A DNA stretch of 62,731 nucleotides, filler included, from Stramenopiles sp. TOSAG23-3 (taxonomy: Eukaryota): assembly GCA_900128585.1 (NCBI GenBank). It is 44 parts of 44 records of this genome, joined end to end, with 100 filler letters (N's around TTAATTAATTAA, not from the genome) between each part and the next. Parts side by side here need not be neighbours in the genome. Positions count along the whole stretch, not along the records: positions 24,391 to 25,722 come from LT646026.1; positions 25,823 to 27,152 come from LT646027.1; positions 27,253 to 28,582 come from LT646028.1; positions 28,683 to 30,011 come from LT646029.1; positions 30,112 to 31,439 come from LT646030.1; positions 31,540 to 32,867 come from LT646031.1; positions 32,968 to 34,294 come from LT646032.1; positions 34,395 to 35,721 come from LT646033.1; 36 more parts are not named here. The stretch is one strand, 5' to 3'. The position numbers and the translations under genes are program-made. The notes under the pieces are model-generated. The model searched no databases and was not told where the DNA came from. It was given only the letters and a program-made list of their open reading frames with translations. Shown here piece by piece: positions 24,391 to 36,435 of this stretch (the stretch's first letter is position 1; every line of letters begins with the position of its first letter).

Positions 24391-25722
24391 TTCCTTCGAC
24401 CCTGCGTGTGTATATTATATTACTACGGAGAGTTGTTGTTGCATCTCGTAGTCGTCATCTAAAGCGTCGGGCTCGATGACGTTCGCTTCGTGCGAGCGCT
24501 TGAGGAAACTGGTGTTAACGGCCCATTGATTGCCTACCCTCGTTCCTATGATATTTTTCTTAATACCTTTAATGTCGTTCTTACGGATTTCATATACGTG
24601 CTTATTAGTTGTTACTAACGCGTTGTCTGGATACTTGTTAAAGTATTGACACCAGCTAAAAAGCGTCTGTAAGAATGTGGGACATTTTCGAAATCCCTTC
24701 CACTCAAACAGCGATCCGATCGAAGTCGCCTTAGTGATCTTGCCGCTAGGCTCGACTATATTTCTCGTTGCCTTGCTCAGGTCTTTTAGTCGTTTGGAGT
24801 CGCGCGATCCTGCGAAATGATGCGATGCTCCTATATCGTGGATTTGTACGGGCTTACCTTCTTGGCTTGCTTCGTACAATGCGTTGACCGATTCGATTAC
24901 TGGTTCTCCATGATACATGAAGTACGGTAGTCGGTCAATCGCATCGCGCTCCAGTATCTGTCATTCTTGAGAACCATCTGTTGAGCTGCTGCTGCTAAGT
25001 TGGGCAGCTTGTGCGAACTCGGGGAACAACTTCGTATCTACAGCGGTCTTTCCTTTACGGTAGTACTCACGCTGTTTCTTGCTCTGCTCGAACGGGCAAT
25101 CGCCAGTTTTGTGTGGTTTTACCTTGTAATGCTTGAGCATGCTCTTTTTATTTTCGCAATTGAAACACGTTGCTTTCTTTTGCTCGGAGTCGTGGGCACC
25201 ATTCGCGGATTCATTATCCTTGTTACCCTTTTTCTTTTTCTTTTCTTTCGACTCTTTTGCTGCATTCGCCCTCTCTTGCTCGGCCTTTTTGGCGTCTTTA
25301 GACGTTTTCACGGCAACCACGCTTTTGGAGTAACACTTCATCGTTTGCTCCGTGGTGTGAAGCTTCGCCCTGAACTCCTTGTAAGGTCCAAGTGACAATT
25401 CTTTAAACTCCGGGTCAAGGAGTATTCTTACTGCTAAATCGCAGTATGAGCCGAATCTTGGTTGGTGAATACGACCCAGAAATATCGTTGGCAAGGCGGA
25501 TTTGACTTTCTCAACCAATTCGTCATGGCCTACGACTTCTTCGATCATGTCGAGCATGCGGTCGAGATACGATATCCCAGACTCTTTCCCATACATGAAT
25601 TTTAAGCTTACTGCTTTTCCGATCATTCCAACGTTTCCAGTGGTAGACGTATCCTTACCGAATTTAAGGTTTAATCGGTCTAGCACGATGAATCCTTTGA
25701 TCGGCGAATCTTTATAACCCAC
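24391..25722 (-). mobile_element. Ty1/copia-like LTR retrotransposon internal fragment (gag - UGA - protease)
   Basis: Zinc-knuckle-like CFNC-x14-H-x4-C at the end of ORF1; in-frame ORF2 with IHDIGASHHF (compare copia protease xLDSGASxH) and LFSW (compare copia LLSV); second stop (TAA) at 24417-24415. Confidence 0.7.
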
Positions 25723-25822
25723 NNNNNNNNNNNNNNNNNNNNNNNNNNNNNNNNNNNNNNNNNNNNTTAATTAATTAANNNNNNNNNNNNNNNNNNNNNN
25801 NNNNNNNNNNNNNNNNNNNNNN

Positions 25823-26920
25823 CTTATCAAAGCGGAAGACCAGCGCACCCTTTCGACCCGCCTTTGCACTGTAATACCTCCTCCAACACGACGCATCGTT
25901 GCCAAGTTGCGGCAAATGATCGCTCTTCTCAGGCCAGGAGAGGTTGCTTGAGTAAGTCGTGCTGGTTTCAAACAAGTCCCCGCAGGCCATATAGAGTCCA
26001 AAATCTTCCCCTCTCCGGGCAGTTCGCAACGGTGCAGGGATCACTCGGTTTTTTCTCATAATCGTCCCCCTTATATTGACGCTCCCTCCGACGACAATAT
26101 AGCCGTAAAGTGCCTTATCACCTTTTTTGTATATTTTTGCATACTTTGAATATCTTTGCAACGTAAAACCAGACATAACTTGGCTCACCGCAGCTTCTGG
26201 AAGACCTTTGAGTGCGGGAGTCCTCAATGCAATTAACGTTTTTGTATGGTTTCTTAAAATGCCCCAGTAAAATTTTGACCGCTTCTGTCTCTGGAAAATG
26301 GTAAACCCTCTTTGTTTCTTACTCTTTGAAAATCTATTTTTAAACTGGCCGACCCGAGACATGACCTTACCTTGCATAGCAGCGTTCATGTGACTGTAAT
26401 CTCGAGTGTTGCCTCTCGACAGCAAATCTTGTTGTATGGCAACTTGCTGGAACCGATCAATATCGTCTTGCTCGAACACGCTATGGAATGCCTTGCGCCC
26501 TATGTAAACGCACTGGGTCTTCATTTCTGCGACACAGGAGGCAGACGTTTTATCATCGCGGATTAAGCTGCGTTCTCCCATTATCTGCCCTCGTTTTAAA
26601 GTAGCAACTTTTACCCCCTTGGCATACACCCCCACTCGCCCGTTAATAATTACAAAAAATCGAAGTCCAACGTCGCCTTGCTTGATGATATATTCTCCCG
26701 CTCGATAATCAATCGGTTTGAAGTGCTTCGCGAGCAGTTTTAGCGTACTGCTCACCGTATGGTGAAACAGGTTTGACCCCTTGAGGGCCCCAAAGCCCAT
26801 CCGTCGCGCCATCCGCTTTTGCTTCTTCCCCCACTCATTTCGCTGTTCCCCGCGAGCACCCATTAAACGCTTCCTCGTCTCATTACTATGCGCATTGATT
26901 TGTTTCAATATGTCATCCAT
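25823..26920 (-). CDS. Tandem cyclic-nucleotide-binding domain protein, 3' partial
   Basis: GEYIIKQGDVGLRFFVIINGRV...GQIMGERSLI...SASCVA; second domain IYKKGDKALYGYIVVGGSV...GEDFG. Confidence 0.88.
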
Positions 26921-27252
26921 TCCTGATGCAATTGAAGTTATAATCTGTACATTGATGGGGACGTCTCGATGTGCTGGTTAATATAAATCAAATAACAGGA
27001 AGAGAAAAAACACTTCAAAACTCTTCCATTCAATAATGGTGAATAAATACATATGGCAAATGTATAAAATGCAAAATTTAATTACCACCAGAGGAGGTGT
27101 TCTTATATAAAATATGAGATATACCAAGGTACCTCAAAGGTGTAATAAATATNNNNNNNNNNNNNNNNNNNNNNNNNNNNNNNNNNNNNNNNNNNNTTAA
27201 TTAATTAANNNNNNNNNNNNNNNNNNNNNNNNNNNNNNNNNNNNNNNNNNNN

Positions 27253-27620
27253 GTTTTTTTCTTGACAATTTTGGAGAAAGGATAAATATGTCGTTAACAC
27301 TATTTCTATCTGCAATTGCCTTCTTATATATAGTAAGTGATTCCCTTCCAAAGCTTGGATTTCTTACGACAATGGACAAAATGGTTTTAGCATGCTTTGT
27401 TAATATTTTCTTTACAATTATAGAGACGTTTCTTGCATTTCATGTTTTCAAGGACAAGGAAACGAGGAAAGTTATGGACGAAGGAAGCAAATATTTATTT
27501 CCAATTATGTTCTTGCTATCCACCTACGGAAACATGTTCTTTTCCTTATATAAACGCCATAAAGATTTTCAGGAAACTAAAAAAAACTTTAGACCTGGTA
27601 TCTCAAATGATTTACTTTAG
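27253..27620 (+). CDS. Pentameric ligand-gated ion channel, M2-M4 region, 5' partial
   Basis: GERINMSLTLFLSAIAF...SDSLPKLGFLTTMDK is the typical M2 and M2-M3 loop (LP-x-x-x-Y/F-L-T-x-x-D). Confidence 0.82.
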
Positions 27621-28682
27621 CCACGTAACCCGAGGAATTACCTTTCGGCCACCTAGTACATTTTATGGCGTTACGCATTATATAGATGAAACATCAGATC
27701 CGACGGTCCCTCCATCAGAGGAAATATCAACTATTATTGTTCCAAAAGATACTGTAATTAAGGCTGCACACAATTAATTGCAGCGATGCATGGAAAATTC
27801 TGGTTGTGATATAAAAGCTTTTAAAGTTAAAGTGTATGCAAACTGGTTTATTAGAGCGGGTCAGGGTTACGGCGGCATAGAAGCACTGCAGCAGCTGCAG
27901 CACTTTGCTCCACAGCTAGCCAGCTAGAGCTACTGTATAATAGCGTGTTGTCGCGTGTCGCTTGCCAGCTTGCTGGGCTTGCTTATACGCCTCGTATTTT
28001 ATTATTATCTTTACGGATTTCTTGTATTCCAGCTACTTTGTATATATTAAGGAAAACTAAAAACAAACTGTATAATTTCAAAATTATTCTTCAATTATTT
28101 CAATCATATTCCTATATGTGCATATGTTTTCAGTAAAAAAATAAATAAGTCTGTATATACAACACTAATTATTATACTTAAAACATATGATATTTCCAAT
28201 GAAGTGTGCCCCAAAAACACCACCCCAATCCAACTTAATAAACCTACTTTAACTTATTATATATTTACAATAATATCCAATAAGGATAAGATATATAGAC
28301 TTTGGTATTTTGTTTGGGTGGTATAGGGTGGAGTCTTGTTGATTATAATTTTATAAAATAATTACAAGAAGTATTTTTAAGATAGATAGACAAAAAAGAT
28401 AGCTCCCAATATACAGAAAATAAATTCAAGAAATATTATTAGTTGAACTTCGTTGAAATACACAGATAAAAAAGAAAATTAAACTGAAAGAAAAATAATA
28501 ATATATCGTATTAAAGAAACAATGCCATCATCACCATCCTCTTCACCATCATCTGGAAATAATACTCGTATATCTAGATCATNNNNNNNNNNNNNNNNNN
28601 NNNNNNNNNNNNNNNNNNNNNNNNNNTTAATTAATTAANNNNNNNNNNNNNNNNNNNNNNNNNNNNNNNNNNNNNNNNNNNN

Positions 28683-29810
28683 GTTGCTGCAGTCTTCCTC
28701 ACCCCCGCCTTGCTGCGGTGGGAACCCGCCGTACCCGCCTTGCTGCGGTGGGAACCCGCCGTACCCGCCTTGCTGCGGTGGGAACCCCCCTGGCTGCTGC
28801 CCTCGTGGCGGCCCCTGCGGCTGCATGGGTGGTGGCATGGGCTTTCCCTTGTTCCCTTGCCTGTCGTAGCAGGCCGGGGGGCTGGTGCTCCCCCAGTGTG
28901 GCAAGTCCCGCAACTCGCTCAGGAACTTGAGGGCCATCTGCTGGTTGATGGCGCTGACGAATGCGAGGTCCTGCGAGGTGATGCCCGAGGGGTGTTCGTC
29001 AAACTCAATCTTGCTAGTGGAGAAGGCCCCACCAAAGGACGCCGTGCCCCTGGCAATGGCAAACAGGTCAGGCGCGAGCTTGTACGTGTTGTCGGTCAGG
29101 ACCACGATGACGTTCATTTTGTTGCAATACACGTCCTTGTTCGTAAGGACCTGGAACGACTTTGCCTCCCCGCCCTTGCCCGTGCTAAAGGTAACGATCT
29201 GTTGGTTCCAAACGTTGCTGTCCGCGATAAGGCTCTTCTCGATAAGCTTGTCCAAGTCTTTGATGTATTCCGACGGGATCTTGATCCGGTACTTGAACAG
29301 TTCCCGCATGAACTGGGTGTAAAAGTTCAGTGGCATTCCCATCTTTTGGAGGGTTTTGGAGTTCATTTTGAAGGTCTCGTATCCCCGGCCTTGAATGGCT
29401 TGTTGGAAGCTTTCGAAGGAGGATGTCCCAAACATGGTCATGACCGTCCTGATCGATGAAACAATGTTGTTCGCCGCGTTGATGCCGGGCAAAAGCCCGG
29501 AGATCGCGCCAAGGATCAAGCGACGGCGCCGCAGGTGGGGCTTTGCCGCGTCCGTTTTTTCCGCCGCGTCCGTTTTTTCCGCCGCGTCCAGCCGCCTGCG
29601 CATGACCGCGTTCGCGGACGTGTCGTCAGCGCTGGCAATCGGTTGCTGCGAGGGTCGACCGTCGTGGATGAGTAGCGGCGCATCACTCTCCGCGTCTTGC
29701 AACGCGTAGATTAGGTTCGCCGTAACCGGGGCGACAGTGGTGGACAGTGCGAGGACGACCGCCCCGAGGACGACGCACAGTAGGTGGTGGTGGTGGCGGC
29801 GGTCGTGCAT
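28683..29810 (-). CDS. Secreted protein, uncharacterised family (paralog B), 3' partial
   Basis: Signal peptide, MRRRL and LRRRRL motifs, domain homologous to 15795-16827, FPPQQGGYGG repeats. Confidence 0.8.
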
Positions 29811-30111
29811 AGTAGGGAAGAAGGGGTGTCAAATGTAATATATATAGGTCACAGAAACACACACCCAGAAGTACGCTTTCGTTCTTTCGTTCTCTTGTTC
29901 ATCCGAAGTGTGAAATTTTACACGCCTGATGAAAAGTGTAACCCTTCCTAACTTGATATTCTTTCTTCCAAGTTAACAATCCATATTATTGATATTTTTT
30001 TTTTATCGATCNNNNNNNNNNNNNNNNNNNNNNNNNNNNNNNNNNNNNNNNNNNNTTAATTAATTAANNNNNNNNNNNNNNNNNNNNNNNNNNNNNNNNN
30101 NNNNNNNNNNN

Positions 30112-31439
30112 AACGATGAAAACGAACGCCAAGCAGCAACTACAGACAATGGTGGGTCATCTGAAAAGGATGAAGAAAAGTACGAAGAAACGTCGAATAA
30201 CGTTCCGGTTGAAATAGCTGATATTGTTGGGTCATCTGAAAAGGATGAAGAAAAGTACGAAGAAACGTCGAATAACGTTCAGGATGAAATAGCTGATATC
30301 TATGCCATTCTTAAGAAAGAAAATTTGAATCTAACGAAAAAGCTTGCTCAAGCATGTGAAGACCGTCAACATTTTTTTGGTTTGTTCCAACAATATGCTG
30401 AAAAATACGCCAGACTTACGGAAGAAAATTCGCATCGAGCGAAAGAACTTGGCCGAGCAAATAAAGAGCTTGAACAGTTGAAGCAACAACAAGCTGAGGA
30501 AAACAAGACTTTGCGCGAAAAGATTAAACGTTTAGAGGAAGACCTTGCAAAACCTCAACGGCTGCACGAAGAATACACTGAAATGAGGCATCAATATACC
30601 CAGACAGATCTTCCAAAAGTTAAGGTGGTGAAAGAATTGCTAGAAGAGATCGAAGCACTGAGACATGAAATTGCCAGCTTAAAAGAGCAAAAGTCAAAGT
30701 TTCGAGACTGCATTGCCAAACTAGAATACCATGCTGTGGGACAAGTGCAAAATCTGACAGAAGATCAATCCTTAATTTTAAAACAAATTACGGTACTTGA
30801 AGAAGAAATTCGCAAATTGAAAGAAGAAAACAAAAATTTGACAATGAAGGTTGCTGTGCGACAAGTGCAAAATCTGACAGAAGATCAACCCTCAATTTTA
30901 AAACAAATTAAGGCACTTGAAGAAGAAATTCGCAAACTGAAAGAAGAAAACAAAAATTTGACAATGGAGATTTCCAACTTACAGGATGAGTTGAAAGAAC
31001 AAGAGTTACATTTTCAAAAGCAACTGAAAGAAAAAGATGAGGAGTTTATGTGGAAGTTAAAACATCAAGAATCAAGCCTGAAAGACCGAATTGCCCATCT
31101 CGAACGCGAAAATCGCACACTTACAGATAAATGCAAAAACTTGGAACAACGTCTTGCAGCAAATATGCAATATGATGCATATTCTTCCAAAAAAGGCAAC
31201 GATGAATCCTTGGAAAATTTGAAACAAAAGATTGAAGAACTGAAAAAGAAAAATTCAATATTGGAAAATGATATGAAAAAGCAACAACAGGAATTACAGA
31301 AAGAGCGTGAAAAATTGCAGAAGGAACGGAAGGCATTACAGCAACAATTTGATGCCAAAGCCAAGAAGCAAAAAGAACAATTTCAAAGGCAACGAACACA
31401 ATTGCAAGAGCTAAAAGAACAATTGCAAAATGAAAGGGA
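30112..31439 (+). CDS. Long coiled-coil protein, partial
   Basis: Open across the contig; E/K/Q/L heptads; in-frame 75-nt and 120-nt internal duplications. Confidence 0.8.
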
Positions 31440-31802
31440 NNNNNNNNNNNNNNNNNNNNNNNNNNNNNNNNNNNNNNNNNNNNTTAATTAATTAANNNNN
31501 NNNNNNNNNNNNNNNNNNNNNNNNNNNNNNNNNNNNNNNATACTATGTATTCGTACCCGGTACTTGTGGTGGGTGGACCTTTCTTTTTGTTTGTGTTGTA
31601 TGTGTTTGAATTTTGGATGTTTGTATATAAATATATGTAGACACAATATTCCTTTTTCTTTTCTTCTTTGCGCGCGCCCGACGCTATCTTCATTTACGAC
31701 AGGGACGTAAATTGCACATGTTACCAAACAGTTAGATAGATCATAGCTTTTTTTAAAATTACAGTTTGTGTTAATTGCATTGCATAGGGATTGAACGGCG
31801 CA

Positions 31803-31958
31803 ATGGAAGACCATCTGTACGCATTATTATCAGCGTTCTTTGGAATTGCATTGGTTTTTTTTACCTGTGTATTTTCGGGATGCTTGGACGGCCCTGATCG
31901 AGAGAGAAAAATTAAAATTAGAGCTGGAGATCCCATATTGCGCGTAAAGACAGAGTGA
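31803..31958 (+). CDS. 51-aa single-pass membrane microprotein
   Basis: MEDHLYALLSAFFGIALVFFTCVFSGCLDGPDRERKIKIRAGDPILRVKTE*; below the ORF-track size cutoff. Confidence 0.5.
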   Translation: MEDHLYALLSAFFGIALVFFTCVFSGCLDGPDRERKIKIRAGDPILRVKTE

Positions 31959-32398
31959 CAGAAGATGTGAGTAATGGTTATAAGATCAGCACGGACGGGT
32001 ACGTGTTGAAATATTAAAGAGCGCGAATACTCTAAAATTTGCGTAGATTTGACCTATTTCTCACGCCGGTAATATTTTTCATTTTATAAGGAATCTTATT
32101 TTAAAACCGCTAAAATTTAAATTTACTTGTTACGAAGTAAATAACAGCCAATTTTTGTTTTCAATTTTAAATCTTCTGGGTACTACGCATTTTGGTTTTA
32201 AAAAAATCTTCTGGTCACTTTAACACATACATTTTATTTACTTATATTTTCATTTGTTTTTAAACTATTTCGTACTTCACAAAAAAGACAAAATTGCACA
32301 CGCGAAATAGAAAGCTGTAATTACTTCTTCCGCGTGAGGGCAAACGTTTTGGAGTGCGTTTTGGTTCTTTCCCACATCTCATAGAGACGGGCGTGTAT

Positions 32399-32867
32399 TT
32401 ACAGATCAAACACTTGCTTCTTCTTTCGGGTTCGACTCGATCGCCGACTATCTCCACTGGCGTTGCTATCGTCGCTCGTAATACTATTTGATGGGGCCAG
32501 CCGGCTTGACCGCCGCGAGCCATCGCGTTCCGAACTTTCGTCGTCCTCGTCGTCCATCTGGTTTTCCAACGTTATTCCCAAGCCCAGCAACAGTCGCTCG
32601 CGCTTGGAGAGCCCCGCACTTTTCTTCTTCTCGACCACCCCGCCCACCCCGTACCAGTAATGCTCGTGCGCCTCTATTGTCTGCCTAATCGAGCGCATTG
32701 CACTGGGCCTGGGAACCCCGCCTTTGATGGGCGGCAATGGGTGACCTAACAAGACTTTGGCGCACGCAACGGAGGACCGAGAGACGGCTTTCAAATTGTA
32801 CCCACCTTCCAATGCTACGATAACCTTTCCCTCCGCAAGACTGGACAAATGGTACAACAGATGGCTG
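32399..32867 (-). CDS. Class II histone deacetylase (HDAC6/Hda1-like) C-terminus, 5' partial
   Basis: SHLLYHLSSLAEGKVIVALEGGYNL...SIRQTIEAHEHYW. Confidence 0.9.
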
Positions 32868-32967
32868 NNNNNNNNNNNNNNNNNNNNNNNNNNNNNNNNN
32901 NNNNNNNNNNNTTAATTAATTAANNNNNNNNNNNNNNNNNNNNNNNNNNNNNNNNNNNNNNNNNNNN

Positions 32968-34294
32968 GCACAGCAAGAGCCCCCGCGCAAGCGCGCGCGG
33001 CCGGGCTTGGCGCCACTTGGCGCGCCGGACGATACCGAGGTGGTTGTTGTCCAGACGTCACAGCAACCTGTGGGTGGAAGGCATCCTCCCACGCGGCGCA
33101 TCATACTCACAAGAGTCACCAACGCGTCGGAGTTTGACCTCGAGGAACTTGCATCACGTTTCGGCAGGCTTGAAAGCCTTTCGGTGGACCGCAAAGAGGC
33201 CACCGCGACCCTCGTGTTCCTGTCACGTGCAGACGCCGAAGGGTTCATTGCGTTTTATACAGAAAATGAGTTGATCTTTAACGGACAGTCTATCGGGATC
33301 CTGTACGCGCCTTGCCCCCCGCTGTCTCAAGAATTGCAGACCGCACTCGAGGCCGGCGCCATGCGCTCGCTCTTCATGTTTGGGTTGCCGAGCGCCACGA
33401 CCGAGGAACAGGTGGCGCAGGTGTATGGGAGCTTTGGCACGGTCTCTAGTGTGTCGATTAACCATGCCAAACGCATCGCTTTCGTCAATTTTCTCAGTCT
33501 CGGCGCAGCTGTGGCCGCTCAGAAAGCCATGGACGGCGCCTCTTCCTTTGGAACTCCCGTGCCTGTTAAATACGCAAAGGAGGAAGGCAAACGCCCAGTT
33601 GCCAAACGACCTGGTACGCAACCGCACGGCGCTGCTCCGACTTCCACGCCAGTGTCATCCGCTGCGCCGGGCGCCTCTGGCTCTACTGGCGGCGGCAATC
33701 CCCAAAGGTCTGTGTATCTGGGCAACCTGGACACATCAGCCACTCTGTTTGACGTGTGCTCCCTCGCAAATCTCTTTGGCATGGTCGAACTGGCTCGCAT
33801 TGCCCCGCCGAAAAGCTGCGCGTTTATCAATTTTGTGGACCCCGACGCGGCGCGCAAACTCATCGCCGAGGCGAAGCGACAGGAAGCAAATAATACGCCG
33901 CTCCAGTTTGGCGGCAAGACCGTCAATGTGCGCTGGGCAAAATCTTCGCCAATGTCGGCGTCTCAACGCCGTGAACTGATGACGGGCGCATCTCGTTGTT
34001 TGATCGTCACAGGGTCACCCAGTGCCACACAAGAGGAAGTCGGTCGGACATTTTCACAAGGCTGTACAGTGGTCAATGTCATCCTGAACCGCCCGCAGCC
34101 GGGACTCCACACCGTTGAAATGGCAAGCATCCAGGACGCGGCCACAGCCCGCCGCAAACTCCGTGGAGCGCTGGTCCATGGCCGCACCATCGGCGTAGAA
34201 TACGGCCAGGAAAACTGCCCGCTTCGTGACCTCAAAGAGGTTTTCGCAGAGTTTGACAGTGGGGCGCCGGCCACCGCTGTGGGCGCGGCGGGGG
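32968..34294 (+). CDS. Four-RRM RNA-binding protein (Mrn1/Nrd1-like arrangement), partial
   Basis: Paired RRMs with RSVYLGNL, RIAFVNF and SCAFINF, and GAxR linkers (GAMRSL, GASRCL). Confidence 0.8.
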
Positions 34295-34606
34295 NNNNNN
34301 NNNNNNNNNNNNNNNNNNNNNNNNNNNNNNNNNNNNNNTTAATTAATTAANNNNNNNNNNNNNNNNNNNNNNNNNNNNNNNNNNNNNNNNNNNNATTTTT
34401 TAAATATCATAATAAAGAAAAAATCTTTTTAATATATAAATTAAAAAGGATCATCATATTCTTGTTGTCCTCCTGACTGAGAGCAGAAAGAGGAAGATTT
34501 TTTAAAGATTTAAATATGAAAACGTCATCTCTATCTTCTTCAACTGACACCCTCCCCTTTCTTCGACCTTAAAAGAACGTCCATTTTATCCATATCCACC
34601 ACCCGG

Positions 34607-35580
34607 TCAGCTTTTCTTCCCAATGAGTATTCTATTTTTGTCGGATATTGCTCGGGGTACGACAGTCCAATTCACGTTGTACCCAGCCTGGTGCAACTTT
34701 TCCGTCCGTGCAATGTCCATTGCGGCACCCCTGCCAAACACCCTCTTGATAACCTTCGGCTGCGATTTGGGAAGGTTTTTGCCATAGCAACATGGCATTA
34801 TTGCAATGCTCCCCTGCAGCGATATTGCCAGATCAATGGCTAAATCGGATAACTCCCCGCAACAGTGAATGCCCACAATGCTGCTTTTTGCCGGGAAGAA
34901 TGCCTCTTTTTTTTGCCGACGTACCACGTCGAACAAATCTTCTTGCCTAAACTCAACTTTGTCGCTGATCCACGGCGCAACTTCCTTCAGGGCAGTAAGG
35001 GTACCGTGCATATCACCTTGTCAACTTTCTTTTCAAAAACAGCGAACAAAAACCCGGTCAGGCCGTGGCCACAGCACAAGTCTACCACCACCCCACTTTT
35101 TCGTAAAGCTTTGCGCGTGGACTGAAAAAATTCCAACGATTCCGCAAACTCTTTCAAGTCTATTGCCTCGTACTTTGCCAACGTATGTGCTATCCTGTCC
35201 GTTAGACTGTTTTTATTGAACCAAATGTCACAGTTCACTTTTCTGTGCACACCGTACAATTTGAAGGAAGGCGCCAGCCTGTGCTTCAAACACACAACTT
35301 TCAACCCAGCGCGCGTGTTGAACTGCGTCAGCGCCCGAAAGGCCCGGTTTTGCTGCATTGACACACTGATATAAGGGTCTTTTCCTAGCGAGGGATCTTT
35401 CCTCTCCCCACCCGCTTTTAACACCATCCGTTTGCATAGAAAAAATACTGGAAGCAGCATTGCAGCAGTGAACCCCAACGGAGTTGGGACGATCCTGGAC
35501 GAAGACTCCATGCCTATATAATATATCGAAGACAAAAGTGGCACCTGGGATAGGATCGTGTACGTAAAAGCTTCAATCAA
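34607..35580 (-). pseudogene. SAM-dependent methyltransferase with a frameshift near 35000
   Basis: VVDLCCGHGLTG (motif I) in one frame; EVAPW, GIHCCGELSD and MPCCY in another; the junction looks like a short deletion. Could be an assembly error. Confidence 0.65.
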
Positions 35581-35821
35581 ATATCATGTAACAAGAGAAG
35601 AAAATTGCCAACCAAACTAGTAATCATATCTGCCACGTATAGAACTATTCTGATATGAATTTATAATTTCATTGAAAGAACAATTTTTACAAACAACTTC
35701 TTCTGTATTACCAAAGCTTCGNNNNNNNNNNNNNNNNNNNNNNNNNNNNNNNNNNNNNNNNNNNNTTAATTAATTAANNNNNNNNNNNNNNNNNNNNNNN
35801 NNNNNNNNNNNNNNNNNNNNN

Positions 35822-36435
35822 GCCTGAAATTCCTTCGCCGTCGGGCACGGGAGTTCGACCGCCATGTGGTTGAAATGCTGAAAAAGTTCGACCGTCGAAA
35901 TGTTAAGCGCTGCAGACAGTGGGTCAAACAGTGCTCTATCCGCGCCCTGCAGCTGCCCCATGGTGAGAAACATGTCCTCCCCAGCCGCATCGGCGCCGGG
36001 GGAGCCGACACTGCCCAGTGGCAGCCTTCCGTCGATGGTCTGCGGTGCCGACCGAAGGTCCATAAAAAAGGCACGCAAAAAGTCGCAAAAAAGCCCAGGC
36101 TTGTTCTCCTTGTCTTCGGCAACCGTGGTTCCTGGGCTCAAGTTGATGGTTTCTATTCCGACTTCATTGCTGCCGCCACTGTCTGCCCCGCCGCTGAAAG
36201 CGGTACCCGCAGGCTCTTGTTGCGCGCGCTCCACCACCACCGGTTGAAGCGGCTCCCTGGGCCGGCGCGCGGCAGCAGGGATAGAGACCGAGTTTTTCCG
36301 TCGCAGGCCTGGGCAGGAAGAGGAGGATGCGTCAACCAGTACTTTCCGCTTTTTGTGCACGGGCTCTCGGCCAGAGATGTCCTCTGTCGCTGCGACGGAG
36401 GGAATGTTGGCGTCACACGACGTTAAATTCTCCAT
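35822..36435 (-). CDS. Hypothetical protein N-terminus
   Basis: ATG at 36435, NLS-like HKKRKV, GC-rich open frame. Confidence 0.5.

Noticed and set aside
24961..24963. Genome-wide stop-codon reassignment or selenocysteine
   Set aside because: TAA, TAG and TGA all end conserved genes at sensible positions, long ORFs have no internal stops, and this UGA is in a linker rather than at a Cys position.
29915..29945. CTGATGA as a hammerhead ribozyme core
   Set aside because: No stem II followed by GAAA in the required arrangement.
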